Origin: Eledone cirrhosa
Taxonomy: Eukaryota
Reading direction: 5' to 3'
Assembly: GCA_964016885.1 (NCBI GenBank)
Contig: OZ024742.1
Coordinates: forward strand, 151,404,001 to 151,468,000
DNA length: 64,000 bases
The notes beneath the pieces are model-generated. The model did no database searches, was not told the DNA's origin, and saw only the letters and a list, made by a program, of their open reading frames with translations. Below, piece by piece: positions 40,595-55,019 of the stretch (positions are counted from its first letter, which is position 1; each line of letters begins with the position of its first letter). The translations under genes and the position numbers were made by a program.

Positions 40595-42118
40595 CACGGG
40601 TGTGTATGATTGTGGACAGAAGATTATATTAATAAAAGGAATTCCAACTGATTTACTCGTTTTATTTACAATCCTTTAAAATTATAATGATATTATAATG
40701 AAATAGTATGGTAGAATATTAAATGTTAAGTGTTAATTGAACAAGTACTTTCATGCTTTCGCAATCTTCATGTTCATATTCTGTGGTGACAGTCAAGTTT
40801 GCAATTTTCAACTGTAATGAGATGGCTAAAATCTGTGCCTTATATACAGTAAAAAGGGGCTACAGAATGATAAGTTTTTCAAACTGTATTTCGAGCAATC
40901 GGTGTGTAGTTTCACTGGATTACTAAAGCTGATTGGTTTAGGCGTTACGGTTGGTTGAGGATGTCTAACGACTTATATTTGACCCTATCCAAAGCATCAA
41001 TTGATTTGCTATTTTAGAAATGATGAAAATAGCATTTTCTAGGGTTTTTATAAAAAACTTCAGTAATCATGAACATCAACATCACTTTTATTATTATTAT
41101 TGTTGTTGTTATTGTAGGCGTTTAATATTATTATTGTTGTTATTATTATTATTGTTGTTATTATTGTTGTTATTATTGTAGGCGTAGTCATAGTAGGAGT
41201 AATACCCCTAAACATTATTATTGTTCATTTAGCTTGGGTTGGAATTTATCAATAAAATTCTTTTCTTTATTTTTTCTCTTGATTTCACTTGGGCTGTGTA
41301 GTTTGTAGAATGGAAATATAAATATTTTCTGACCGCATGTTGCTAGATGGTTACTCAGGGGGTATCTGACGGATATTTGGGTCACTGATTTGCTGTCGGT
41401 GCACCCGTGTACGTTCCGATAGTGCATTTCCAGTTTGACCGACATATAGTTCTTCACAATTCGAGCATTTAATGCATTAAATTAGATTTCTGCTTTTGCA
41501 GTTCATATTTGCATTTGGGAATATTTTTCCAGTTTTTGTGTTCATATATTGACAAGTATGTATGAACTGACATGTGTCACATCGACTATCATTGCATTTA
41601 GATACAGTAAATGATTGGTTTTTGTTGTTAAGGTCAAACTATGCCTTTGTTAGTAATTGCTTCAAATTTTTCGGCTGTCTTTTACTAAGAATCAAAGATC
41701 GGTCTGTGATTAAACCTTTTAATTCATTACTTTGAGCAATGATCGGTAGGTTTGCTTTGGCAGTGTTGAAGATATTCTGGTGACATGGGTTGTGTGTCAT
41801 TATAAATGGTATGACCAGTTCTTGGTTTCTTCCTCTTTGGGTTGTTCTAAATTGTTGTATAGGTATTTTTATAGCCCGCTGTATGCCATTTTCTATAAGT
41901 AGAGATGGGTATTTTAGTTTGAGCAAAAATTCTCTCAGTTCTGTTAGGCGTTTGTTCCTGGTATTCGTATCTTCTACAATGGTACAAATACTTCTGGCTA
42001 GGCAGCATGGGATGTTGCGTTTTGTATGAGGTGGATGGCACGACTTAAAATTCAGATATTGATGGGTGTCTGTGTGTTTATCACAGACCGATCTTTGACT
42101 CTTAGTAAATACCTTTTA

Positions 42119-42120
<2 letters not shown>
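40595..42120 (-). mobile_element. Penelope-like element 3' portion (RT thumb, Cys-rich linker, GIY-YIG), frameshifted
   Basis: LKLKYP, IPFIMTHNP, SKRQPKNLKQLL, CNDSRCDTC, LSNHLATC, EKNFIDKFQPKLN. Confidence 0.8.
40738..40776 (-). ncRNA. Minimal HHR with a C3>A core change
   Basis: TGAAC ATGAAGA t-tgc-gaaa-gca-t GAAA GTAC TT GTTCA. Confidence 0.7.
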
Positions 42121-42196
<76 letters not shown>

Positions 42197-42197
42197 C

Positions 42198-42231
<34 letters not shown>

Positions 42232-42232
42232 G

Positions 42233-42753
<521 letters not shown>

Positions 42754-42923
42754 TATATATATATAAATATAAATTACCGAGAATCGTATTTCAGTTCAAG
42801 AATTAACGAAAATCAACTCCCGAGATGTGTGGCAAGCGCTTGATGATTCATATGAATCAGAGCTACAACATACGTTTAGGGCCAAACACACTGAGATGGT
42901 GGTTAAACAAAACATCCGCACTC

Positions 42924-42971
<48 letters not shown>

Positions 42972-43008
42972 GTGCGGATGATTTGTTTAACCATATATAT
43001 ATTTAACC

Positions 43009-43039
<31 letters not shown>

Positions 43040-43104
43040 AAAAGATGAAATCGAAAATGCAACTGGAGTCTTATTTAAAAAAAAAATATATATTTATTTG
43101 GTTC

Positions 43105-43140
43105 CTTTACCGGTTTCGCAGTTCTTCTGCTTTTCAAAAG
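43105..43140 (-). ncRNA. Degenerate HHR (family also at ~8865-9015)
   Basis: CTT TTGAAAA gcag-aagaa-ctgc GAAA CCGG TA AAG; core C3>U and G8>A. Confidence 0.5.
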
Positions 43141-43756
43141 TAGAGTTGAGATGGAGGGTCTGTGGTTTTTCTCACATCTGGTTGGTCTTTGAATGTTACT
43201 TGTTTTATATGAAAAAAGTGGCTCGAAACGCCAGGTTTTTAGAGAAGTAATTTGATTGGTTGGTCAATAAGTATAATACATTTCGCGCCAGTTCGCGTTA
43301 CACAGTTCTTCAAACAAGGGGGGGGGGGGGGTGATCAGGTTGTTTTTCATATCTGAGTGTTTGAATTTATTTTTACTTTAAAAAAAGGGGCTCACAAAGG
43401 CTTTTTTAAAAATTATAAATGTAATTTGATTGGTTATAAATGAAATTATGGTTGTCACGTGAACAATATCATTAAATTTCGCGCCCCTATTTGAGAATTT
43501 ATTTTGTAGCCTTTTAGAGAATTTTATGACAAACATAAGATAATGGTCAAGAGAAATGGGATGGGAGAATTGTTCTGGTTCAGTGAATATGGCTGGTTCG
43601 CTGGGGTGTCAGAATTCAGACTTTCTATTGAAAGTGTGTGTGTGTGTATGTGTGTGTGTGTGTATAGGAAGATGATTCTATTAGTAGAAATGGGGGAGGG
43701 AGTTGTGTGTGTGTGTATATGGGTGTTATGTGTGTGTGTGGGATTATGTTATATAT

Positions 43757-43809
<53 letters not shown>

Positions 43810-43822
43810 CATATATATATAA

Positions 43823-43881
<59 letters not shown>

Positions 43882-43900
43882 CGTATATATATATATACAT

Positions 43901-44003
<103 letters not shown>

Positions 44004-44800
44004 AGGAAGCTTAGTAAAATCGAAGTTTTGGCTGTGGCCAAGCTAACGACATACATTTAGGAATGTGCAGCAAAACATTCGATAAGGTAGGCCCTTAGAG
44101 TAATAACATACGTTTAGACAGCTTGACACATTGAAAATTGCGGCAGGTAAACCTAGCCACTTAATACCAAATCAACGAAAAAAACTAATCAGATTAGACA
44201 ACTGACTTGGACAAATCGAACGATATTATGCAATACGTCCGATAGGTTTCTATCAAATCCGAATTTATCAATCTAACTTGCGCAATATGTAAGTTTGTGG
44301 TATTCTATGATCGAACTGTGGACTCACGTTATCAACAGGTTTTTCGTTCTATGCCTCAAGCCGGTGTGGAATGTAGCACTGAACTGCTACCGTTCGCAGC
44401 ATTCAGTGTTCGAGTGGCACCTGTTTTTTCCAACAAGGGTAATAACCCCGATGTTTGGCGGGTAAATTCAAAATGTGAACAAAGGAAACAATTCCGTTCC
44501 ACAATCCGAATGAGAAGCTCTCGTCTAGACGTTATTATTAGCTGTATCGGTAGAGGGTCGGACGCCATGCTTTCCAGCATAGTTACGTCCCTTTACGATC
44601 TGAGTTCAAATCACGCCGAGGTTAACTTTGCCTTTCATCCTTACGGGGTCGATAAAATAAAGTACCAGTAATGCACTGCGTAATTGCTGGCCTTGTGCCT
44701 AAAATAGAAACAGTTATTAAACAAACACAAATAATTAACCAATCAATGGAATTGTCTAATTAAATTAATTAATTAATTATTAAATCTAGGAGATAATGAT

Positions 44801-44839
<39 letters not shown>

Positions 44840-44840
<1 letters not shown>

Positions 44841-44885
44841 TTCAGAAGATCCCGTTAAGGTGAAAGCAGCGATTCTTTGCTTAAA
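44840..44885 (+). ncRNA. HHR-like motif with CAGAAGA core (also 52042-52088 -, truncated at ~63866)
   Basis: ttt CAGAAGA tcccgttaag(g)gt GAAA GCAG-cgattct-TTGC TT aaa. Confidence 0.5.
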
Positions 44886-44898
44886 CTTTAATCTGTTA

Positions 44899-44935
<37 letters not shown>

Positions 44936-45226
44936 ACGGAAAAGATGAAACGAAATTTCATTTCCCACTCTTAGTACGGCTGTTACTTAAATATAAGTAT
45001 GTACACGTACATACATATATGTATACAGACGTACAGTAGTATGTACATATATATACATACATGCACACACATATATATATAAAATTTCGTTTCATCTTTT
45101 CCGTTTATCGTTTTCAGTGCACCCGGCTGATTAACCCACTCGATATGCAAATTGGGCTACTCAGCCGTTAATATGCATAAGGAAAGTATATACTATCAAA
45201 CGTTCAACAATCTGGCAGGAAGGTAC

Positions 45227-45269
45227 ACGTTGCTGACGATAGCTAATAAGCTTGAAACTAGTACAGCGT
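45227..45269 (+). ncRNA. Type I hammerhead ribozyme
   Basis: ACGTTG CTGACGA t-agct-aata-agct-t GAAA CTAG TA CAGCGT; predicted cleavage after 45263. Confidence 0.88.
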
Positions 45270-45617
45270 TCCTTTGTCAGTGTTGAACAAACGAGCAACG
45301 ATGGTTGCTAGACATTACGGCTTAATACGGGATGTTTGTTTACAAACACACCGAGCATTATAATAGATGTTCGGTGAATCCATACGTACATATACATATG
45401 TGTGCATGTATGTATATATATATACATACTACTGTACGTCTGTATACATATATGTATGTACGTGTACATATTTATATTTAAGTAACAACCGTACTAAGAG
45501 TGGGAAATGAAATTCGGCCGATTAACCCACTCGATATGCAAATTAGGCTACTCAGCCGTTAATATGCATAAGGAAAGTATATACATTCAGACGTTCAACA
45601 ATCTGGCAGGAAGGTAT

Positions 45618-45660
45618 ACGTTGCTGACGATAGCTAATAAGCTTGAAACTAGTACAGCGT
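45618..45660 (+). ncRNA. Type I hammerhead ribozyme
   Basis: Identical to 45227-45269; predicted cleavage after 45654. Confidence 0.88.
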
Positions 45661-45859
45661 TCCTTTGTCAGTGTTGAACACACTAGCAACGATGGTTGCA
45701 AACACTACGGCTTAATACGGGATGTTTGTTTACAACACACCAAGCATTATAATAAATGTTCGGTGAATCCATACGTACATATACATATGTGTGCATGTAT
45801 GTATATATATCTACATACTACTGTACGTCTGTATACATATATGTATGTACGTGTACATA

Positions 45860-46727
<868 letters not shown>

Positions 46728-46744
46728 TATATATATATATATAT

Positions 46745-49335
46745 ATAAAGAATGAATAATAACAGGTACACATCATAAAAAGGTAATTTATTCTGTGTGC
46801 TTACAAACGTTTCCACGGTGGTTATACAGCCTAGTTATGCTATGCGCAAATTTATAACTATTTGCAAAACTCAATTATCAAATGCTGTGACCACTGTATC
46901 ATCAGAGCAGAATGGTTAAAATGCAAAATGTAAATACCCTTAAGTGAGGTTATTGGGGGAAGATAGAGTAGAAAAGGAAGAGAGAAAAGAAGGGGAGAGG
47001 GAGAGAGAGAGATATATATATGCAGGGGCTGGAGAAATGGGAGAGAGTGGTTTGTAGATATCTTAATCAAAATGTTGTGGTAGGGGTTTTATTATACTGG
47101 TTACTCTTAAAGCGACCACCTTAAGCGATGCGTTGATAGTCAAGGTTGGAATTATTTATTGCCACAGAGGGCTGGTTCATAGATGTGGAGAAGGAGGGAG
47201 GTGGACCTAGGGCGATGGAGAGAGAGAGAGAGAGATGGGAATGGAGAGAGAGAGAGGGACAGATAGAGAGGGGACAGACGAAAGCTATGGGATGGGTGTA
47301 CATTGAGTTCATACTAGTAGGCTACAAATTGCACTAAGTTTCCATTTATAGTGATAAGCAGGGTATTGTCTTGTAGTACGGGGGAAGAGAAGGTGGTTAG
47401 CTAGAAAGCAATGTTATAGTTACGGGTTCAAATGTTAAGTTATTTTATAGTGAGATAACTTAGCCTTCAGTCTGTGGTTGCAGTATAATGATCGTTCGAT
47501 TCTATCATTTAGTAATTTATTTTTGGATTTTAAGATGTAAACGAGTTCAAGGTTACATAACCTACAGTACTTCAATCCACTCCGATATGCACTAGTGCTG
47601 GAAAGTATATCACATTTCAAGGTGAATTGTTGGTTGCGTTCACGGAATTGCCAGGTCTTGTTGGCGAGCGTGGTCACAAAACGGTGATTAGGATGTTTAA
47701 TTGAGAATCGATGACGATACCAGCGAGATTTAAAGGAGGTAGTGGTAGACCCGATGTAATACCATTTCTGGTCGTTCGATTCAACAGTGGATTGGTAAAC
47801 AATGTTGAACTTTAGGCATTTATTGTTCAATGGACATCTTTCAGGTAGGTGGCAGTTACAGTTTTTGTTGTGGGTAACGGGTATACCATGGATAGGTTGG
47901 GATAGCAGTACATGTGGGTTGTGTAATACCCGTCTCCCATTTAGTGGTTGGGAGGCCGATGTTACGTTATGCTCATCTGTTATTAAAATATTTTGTTTTG
48001 TAGTGTTGTTTAATTGCTTTAAGTTAAGTTTTTTATGTATGCTTCAAGGTTTGGTGCCGTGGAGTATGATAGTTTAATAGTTTTAGAGTTCAGAATTTTA
48101 CTGTATTTATGGGAACTAGGGAAATGGTTGTTGATTAACTTAAAGAATGAAAGAGAGTTTTGTACTAATCAAAGCATTAAAAATAGGATTATACCAGATA
48201 TACTTTCTGCAACGTGATTTATTTGGTGATGATTTTCTATTATTAGTATGTCTGGTGGTACTGCGTGTGTGCGCTTGTATTTCAGTACCCCGGTTACGTA
48301 TTCTTTGATTTCGTGTAGAGCTTTATGTGTTATGGAGATTCTTATCAATGTATTCTATTGTATCCCGGTGGTCGGCATTCCTTAATGCATTATTATAGTA
48401 TTCAGCATGTTCACTGAAAATCTCAGAGTCAGACGATAGGCGAGAGATTCTAAGAGAAATACTACGGGGAACCGATTTGATCATGGAAAGTGGGTGGTTT
48501 GAGTTAAAATTGATATAGGTAAGGTTCTCATTTATCTTGTGGAAGGGTCGTATCAGTCCGGTATTTAAATTAAGAGTTACGTCTAGAAAATTTACTACTT
48601 TAAGATTGTATTCGTACGTTATTTTTAGACCCAGTTCACTAAAATATTTTCTAATGTTTTTCCGTTGCCTTTCAAGATTTTGGTTATTTAAGTTATTAAC
48701 TAATAAGAGCCCACCATCTCTATATATTCCCCTCTGTAAATTACTAAATTTACCATGTAGTATGTGGGCTATGTAAATTCCCTTAAGATCGGTGACCTCC
48801 GCTGAGTCGTTGGAGCCCATGGTAATGTCGAAGTTTGTGGGTATGTCCTTACGTTCCCAGTAACAGTTATCAAACTTGATAATAGTTTTTCTAGCCTAAA
48901 GAATAATATTAATTTCGTCCTCCGTTAGGTCGGAATTGACTTTAGCAAACGATAGGGCCTTACGTAAAGTGCCGGGTGTGATTGAAGAGTAGTATTCGTC
49001 TATGTCAAATTGTATAAACTTAGATTTATTCTTGTTCTTAACGTTATTAAACCACAGCATTTGATAATTGAGTTTTGCAAATAGTTATAAATTAGCACAT
49101 AGCATAACTAGGCTGTATAACCACCGTGGAAACATTTGTAAGCACACAGAATAAATTACCTTTTTATGATGGCTACCTGTTATTATTCATTCTTTATCTA
49201 CACTCCGGAATACAGAAGGATCAGGAACTGAGTTTCTTCAACTATTCTTACATAACTCGTTGAGTAACCTCTCACTGTGCGTCAACTCTATCCAGTGTAG
49301 TAATTAACCATTACTGCATCCAGGATAATCCTATA

Positions 49336-49338
<3 letters not shown>
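46745..49338 (-). mobile_element. Penelope-like element with an inverted partial pseudo-LTR
   Basis: RT (QFDIDEYYSSI, MGSNDSAEV, YRDGG, NFLDVTL) at 48323-49050; GIY-YIG ORF 47435..47830 (IVYQ...YIGST...FKSRW); inverted repeats 46745-46889 / 49053-49197. Confidence 0.92.
46798..46909 (-). ncRNA. Type I HHR with an ~85-nt stem II domain
   Basis: TGCT CTGATGA tacagtggt...accaccgtg GAAA CGTTTG TA AGCA. Confidence 0.75.
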
Positions 49339-49410
<72 letters not shown>

Positions 49411-49416
<6 letters not shown>

Positions 49417-51014
49417 ATACTTTGGGAGGGTCATGTTGCCAATAAGAAACACACGCACCAGTTGTTTCACTTCAATTTATTATAATAAATTTATAAATTT
49501 AGGAATTTATAAATTTCCGGTTGGTTGGTTGGTTCCACAACCAGATGGTTGTTTATATATTGTCAAAGTTCTTTCGTCACACATTCTGTGACCTCTTCAG
49601 TGATTGGGGATTCTTTTCTTTGTTTTTTGTGCCTCTCTTTTGTTCTGTCCTACGCCATCTTGTTTTTGTGTGTGTGTTCTGTGCTTAGTTTGCGCATGTG
49701 TTACATGCGGGTGTCTGTGTGTGTTTATATTCGTTTATTTATTTGTTTATTTACATGTTACTGGTTGGTTGTTTGTTCTATGTGCGTGTGCGTTTTCATT
49801 TTGTCCTTAATTGTAAGTTGTGATGTTGCTGTTCCACTCATGTTTTCTATTTAATTTTGGTTGTAATTCATTTATGTTTATTGCCTCTGTGATTTGTCTA
49901 AACGTTGCGTCTTTTCTGTGTGTTGATTCTATTTTTATTTCTATGTTCTCTAATTTACCCTTATGTTTTATTTTAGCATGTTGGTAGAGTACAGATGATT
50001 CTTTACTATCTTGAAGGTCTCGTCAGTGTTCATTTATCCGTTCCCGTATACTAGGAGCTGTCTCACCTATGTACACTATATTTTTATCTCTACATTGTCC
50101 TTCAGTACATCTTATGCTATATACTACATTTCTAGTTTTACAGTTAATATGGGGGCTTAATTTACAGATTATACATTTCTTATCTATACAGGGAGGTCTT
50201 TGAAAAGGGTATGTCTTGCTAATAAGTGTTTTTATGGAGGTACCTGGTCTTTCTACTATCTTAATATTGGGTTTATGTTTATCTAGGGCCCTTCTAAATT
50301 TGTCAGCTAATTCACCTCTAGGGGTTATATCGATGAACATTACACTCTGATATTTATTGCTATCATACCATGAGTTTATTCTATTAGCCTTATTCCTAGT
50401 TCTTTCTATTCTATTCCATAATTTGCTCCTATGCAAGGGGCAGGTCCCATTTGTGTCATTATTTACCATTTTTTCCCATTTGGTTCTGGCTCCTCTATAC
50501 ACTCTGATTTTATCTCTCTGATTGTAACCAGAGAACTTCATACGGTGGATGAAGTGTTGTATGTGTCTCTCTAGTTCTTCGGGGCTGCACATGCGGGACA
50601 CGTTTCTCATCACCCGTACCAAATCCGCAATCAGTATGTTGATTTTGGTATGGTCCGAAATAGCTGAGTATCGGTGGATCAGATATTTGGAAGTCATGGG
50701 TTTGGCATAATGGGAATGGGGGATTTGTTTTTTCTTATTAATGGTATCTAACCAGAGCTCTGTGTCTAGTACAGGTAATCGGTCACAGAATGTGTGACGA
50801 AAGAACTTTGACAATATATAAACAACCATCTGGTTGTGGAACCAACCAACCGGAAATTTATAAATTCCTAAATTTATAAATTTATTATAATAAATTGAAG
50901 TGAAAGCAACTGGTGATTGTGTTTCTTATTGGCAACACGATCCTCCCAAAGTATAACAATATCGGTTTCAACACGTTTTCAGATAAAGAATCTTGCTAAA
51001 CAAATTCAGAAACG

Positions 51015-51015
<1 letters not shown>
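49411..51015 (-). mobile_element. Penelope-like element with an inverted partial pseudo-LTR
   Basis: ORF 50023..50829 (LPVLD, CIDKKCIIC, VVYSIRC...YIGET...ERINEH); inverted repeats ~49411-49593 / 50781-50961. Confidence 0.9.
49563..49603 (-). ncRNA. Minimal type I HHR in the PLE pseudo-LTR
   Basis: TCA CTGAAGA g-gtcac-agaatgt-gtgac GAAA GAAC TT TGA. Confidence 0.7.
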
Positions 51016-51085
<70 letters not shown>

Positions 51086-51115
51086 AAAGAATAGAGGTGT
51101 AACACACAATTTATT

Positions 51116-51300
51116 ATATATTGGTAAACGGAATAGAAAATGCTGACAAATTGTTCACAGTTAAAAAATGGTTTAATTAGGAATAAAGGAGTATTAGTGA
51201 TTGTATGGGTTAGTATTCAGTTGTGGTTTTAAGTTCCTAATTAAACCATTTTTCAACAGTGAACAATTTGTCAGCATTTTCTATTCCGTTTACCAATATA
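51116..51300. repeat. Fold-back mini-element (~68-bp arms) in (TA)n
   Basis: attggtaaacggaatag...ttaggaa versus ttcctaa...ctattccgtttaccaat. Confidence 0.8.
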
Positions 51301-51319
51301 TATATATATATATATATAT

Positions 51320-51911
51320 ATGAAAGACGTAAATAAGAAAGTTATGAAAATTGATCTACTTACTAAAATTTCACTCCAACTAATTAGTTTCTGTAAGGGG
51401 ATAAATATAGTTACGTAATAACTATAAAGAAGCCTTACGTCATCAGGGAGTCTATTCTCAGCTAAGTTTCCAGGCAATGCGGGGACACTGGGAACTTATA
51501 TAAAAATAATTCAGTGGATGGAAAAAAGCGAGCGGGGCTAGATTCCAAGCCATTGAAAAATTCACTGCCTTCTTGGTCAAGTGGCAAATTCAAAAGAATC
51601 AATCACGTGACACTGAGGTTAACCAGCTTGGAGTGGGGGTGCTATTAAGACAGAGCCTAGCTACTACTATCAGTCACAGTAGTAATTTGGCAAATTTTGC
51701 TCAACAAATAATTTGGAGATAATTGTAAAGAATTAATATATCTACCGACATATGTATACAGATGCATACCTATGCTAGCAGATATATATGTTTTGTCTTA
51801 GTAACTTTGTGGTTCTATGCAGGGGAATGCAGAACAATTATATGAAAGACGTAAATAAGAAAGTTATGAAAATTGACTTACTTACTAAAATTTCACTCCA
51901 ACTAATTAGTT
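51320..51911 (-). mobile_element. Retrozyme-like 522-nt monomer with terminal redundancy
   Basis: ~70-bp direct repeats at 51320-51390 and 51841-51911 spanning the cleavage site; no ORF. Confidence 0.82.
51373..51451 (-). ncRNA. Type I hammerhead ribozyme with extended stem II
   Basis: ACTCC CTGATGA c-gtaagg...ccttac-a GAAA CTAATTAG TT GGAGT. Confidence 0.82.
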
Positions 51912-52099
51912 AATTCTTTATATATATATATTTATTAAAATAACAGATTAAAGTTTAAGCAAACTATACATATATATATAATATATATATATACATACAT
52001 ATATTATATATATATATATATATTAAAATAACAGATTAAAGTTTAAGCAAAGAATCGCTGCTTTCACCCTTAACGGGATCTTCTGAAAGTAAAAAAGTC

Positions 52100-52473
52100 A
52101 AAATTTCGACAGTGAAAATTTTGACCAATAAATGGAAAAAGATTTCACGAACTCCTCCTATGGTTTTGGAGATAGACCACCATAACCATATATATTCTGA
52201 AACTACATTGCCCAGGGTACTTGGATAAGTATATTTCATTTTAATCAAAGCGTTCAAAGAAATAAAATAAGAATAAGATTTAATAATGTAATTTTGATTT
52301 GATATATTACAAAAAATAATGTTTTCCAATTTTTCATGCATTACATTTTACATTGAGTAATATTGAAATGCAGAGTTTTTCTCCATAAATTATATCACTG
52401 ATTTAAAATCAATCATCATTTTCTTACAAAAAAAAAATGTGTGAAACGCAGCAAGGCGTGGGTAATTCGGCTA
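52100..52473 (+). mobile_element. Possible Helitron 3' fragment (end motif repeated at 52837-52873)
   Basis: cgcagcaaggcg(t/c)gg.taattcggcta resembles a Helitron subterminal hairpin plus CTAG-like end. Confidence 0.4.
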
Positions 52474-52490
52474 TATATATATATATATAT

Positions 52491-52707
52491 AGTGGTGGAA
52501 CACTGGAAGGTAATATCCGTAGTGGTGAGCACTCAGTCCAAGGGATGAGTTAGGTAGAAGTGGTTACACAACAGTTAGTTCACCATACTGAGAACAATTG
52601 CTTCACCTTCGCGGACTTCAGCTCGGGATGTGTCCCGAGTTGAAGATCCGCGAAGGTGAAACAATTGTTCTCGGTATGGTGAACTAACTGTTGCGTAACC
52701 ACTTCTA
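52491..52707. mobile_element. Fold-back mini-element with two mirror-image HHRs (52588-52626 -, 52635-52674 +)
   Basis: Palindrome 52555-52707; consensus CCGAG CTGAAGA tcc-gcgaa-ggt GAAA CAATTG TT CTCGG. Confidence 0.85.
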
Positions 52708-52872
52708 TATATATATATATATACGCGCAGTGTGACAAGAACCTTGCTTGCCAACCACAAGTTTCCGGGTTCAGTCCCACTTCCCAGGTCAACCAAAGCC
52801 CTGTGAGTGGATTTGATAGAGCGAAACTAAAAGAATTGTGTGAAACGCAGCAAGGCGCGGATAATTCGGGTA

Positions 52873-52932
<60 letters not shown>

Positions 52933-53019
52933 AATAGAGAGCTGAGCAACCAGGATTGTGCAATTCACACTCCAGTCGGTGATGCAAATAAAATGAAGCG
53001 CTCAACGCAATGTATAAAG

Positions 53020-54705
53020 TCAGTTGAGCTTCATGGAGTTTAGCTAACTCTTTGACATCAGGCTGGATTTTCGTAAGATGTAGCCGGAGATCTCCACGTG
53101 TAATCACAATGTAGCGGTTGCGAGCCTTACTGTGCAGTCTGGAAACTGCGCCAAACCCCCTCTCGACTAAGTTTGAGCTAGGAAAAGGCAAAGCAAATCT
53201 CTTAGCCTCTGCATGTAGGAGTGGAAATCGACGTTGAATTTCCTCTTGCATCCAAAAAATGGGTTCACCCATTTTGGAAAATTTAATTTTGATAATGTCA
53301 TCTGTCTGAAGTTCAATTAATTCTTCCTGAAATTTAACGTCCAAATCGTCGACGTTAGCTATGAAGGGATCTGCTATCCACATTGGGATGTCCATCTGCA
53401 AAAGGTCGACAAACCGTTCTCTCATGTTGTCTTGTAGTGCACAGAGGTGCGCGGTATAAATTTGGAGTTGGTCATCGCTCACAATGTTTTGAACATTGGC
53501 GACACTAGGAACATTATAGAATTCCCGTCGACAAAGATTCCTTTCGATGACTTTCAATTTGGCCAGGAATATTTTCACAGCATTCCTTGCTTTAAACAAG
53601 ATGATCTTCTCCCCCTGCAAAGCCATAATGAGGCTATTGCATTTGTCGAATATGTCGGCGAGGTAGGCGGAGTCTTGCCTCACATCGAGGGTTTATTTAT
53701 ACAGTTCTGTGTTGCGTCCTCGAAGAAACTCAATGATAGAGTCGAACAGTTCAAAGAAGCGAGGAAGGCACTTGCCCTTTGAAAGCCAGCTCACGTCAGT
53801 ATGAAGGAGCAACTCGACGAATTCTTCGTCATTATCTTCGCACAGTTGCCGGAAAATTCGTTCATTGAGGGCATGGCGTTTGATATAATTGATGACATCA
53901 ATGGCTACCTGCAAAGACTTGCTCAGCGGCTCGCTGAATTCCTTCGGAGCCAAGTGTTGTCGATGAATGACGCAATGAACAGCAAATACAGATGGATTTT
54001 CCCTCTTCAGAAGAGAGACGAAACCCTTATGTTGGCCGACCATTGCTCTTGCGCCGTCCGTAGCACATGATACAATATTGTTAAGAGGTATCTCTTTTTC
54101 TGCGAGGTATCACTTGACAGATTCAAAGATGGCGGAACCTTTAGTATCTGTGGCTAGATTCAGAGTGAATAGAAGCTCCTCGTGCATTTCATTTTGGTGG
54201 AAAAATCGCACGTATACCAGTAGTAAGGGCTGATTTCCGGAAAGTGTGCTTTCATCAAGTTGCAAAGCAAATTGTGTCGATTTCAAGATGTTGCATAATT
54301 TTTGTTCAACATTTTCCGCCATTTCGTCGATGCGTCTCTTTATTGAGTTCTTACTCAACGGAATACATTTCAAGGTCTTTAACGGGTTCTGATGTAGTAC
54401 TGTTGAAAGAACTTCTGAGATGACAGGGGCTACCAATGTTTCACCCAAGGAATGGGGCTTGCCACACTTTGCGATTATGTTGGCAATATTGTAAGATGCG
54501 ACAAGTCCATCAACATTTGAAGCTTCAACTTTTGAAAAGGCAGAAGAAATTAGTGTTGTTTTCTGAAATTGGTCCCTAAGAGACTGAAAGTATGCTAAAT
54601 CTTTATATCTCTTATCGGGGTGCCTCACCTCCAGGTGTCTACTCAAACGCGATGGCTTCATCGCCTCATTCGAAAAGGACTCCTTGCAAATTAAACACAT
54701 GGGTG
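53020..54705 (-). pseudogene. hAT transposase pseudogene (Buster/SCAND3/ZBED8-like)
   Basis: CLIC..SNEAMKPSRL..H, FALQLDEST, TDGA, HCVIHR, WLSKG, PFPSS.LVERGF, RGDLRL across three frameshifted ORFs; no TIRs seen. Confidence 0.9.
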
Positions 54706-55019
54706 TTAACCAAGTCGAGACAAGTTATATATGAAGATTAACCAGTCTTTCATGTAGGAATAGTAATAACTTAGCTTGAGGGAAATTAAGGTGGCAGACT
54801 CAATAAAGGATCAATGAGGCAACGAGTTCAATAGAACTTAATGCAAGAATGACTAGTAATGTACTATTTTGAAATGGAATTCATCAATTAAGCACGTACT
54901 GATAAGACGCGATAATACTAAGTTAAGACATTACTTATTAGTCAGAGTTACTCAAATTATCGCCCTTACCTTAATGCATCACTGTGATATTCTTGTAATG
55001 GTGCTGCAATTATAATGGG

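Noticed and set aside
53020-54705. Domesticated ZBED/SCAND-type host gene
   Set aside because: Frameshifts and a truncated N-terminus indicate a decayed transposase
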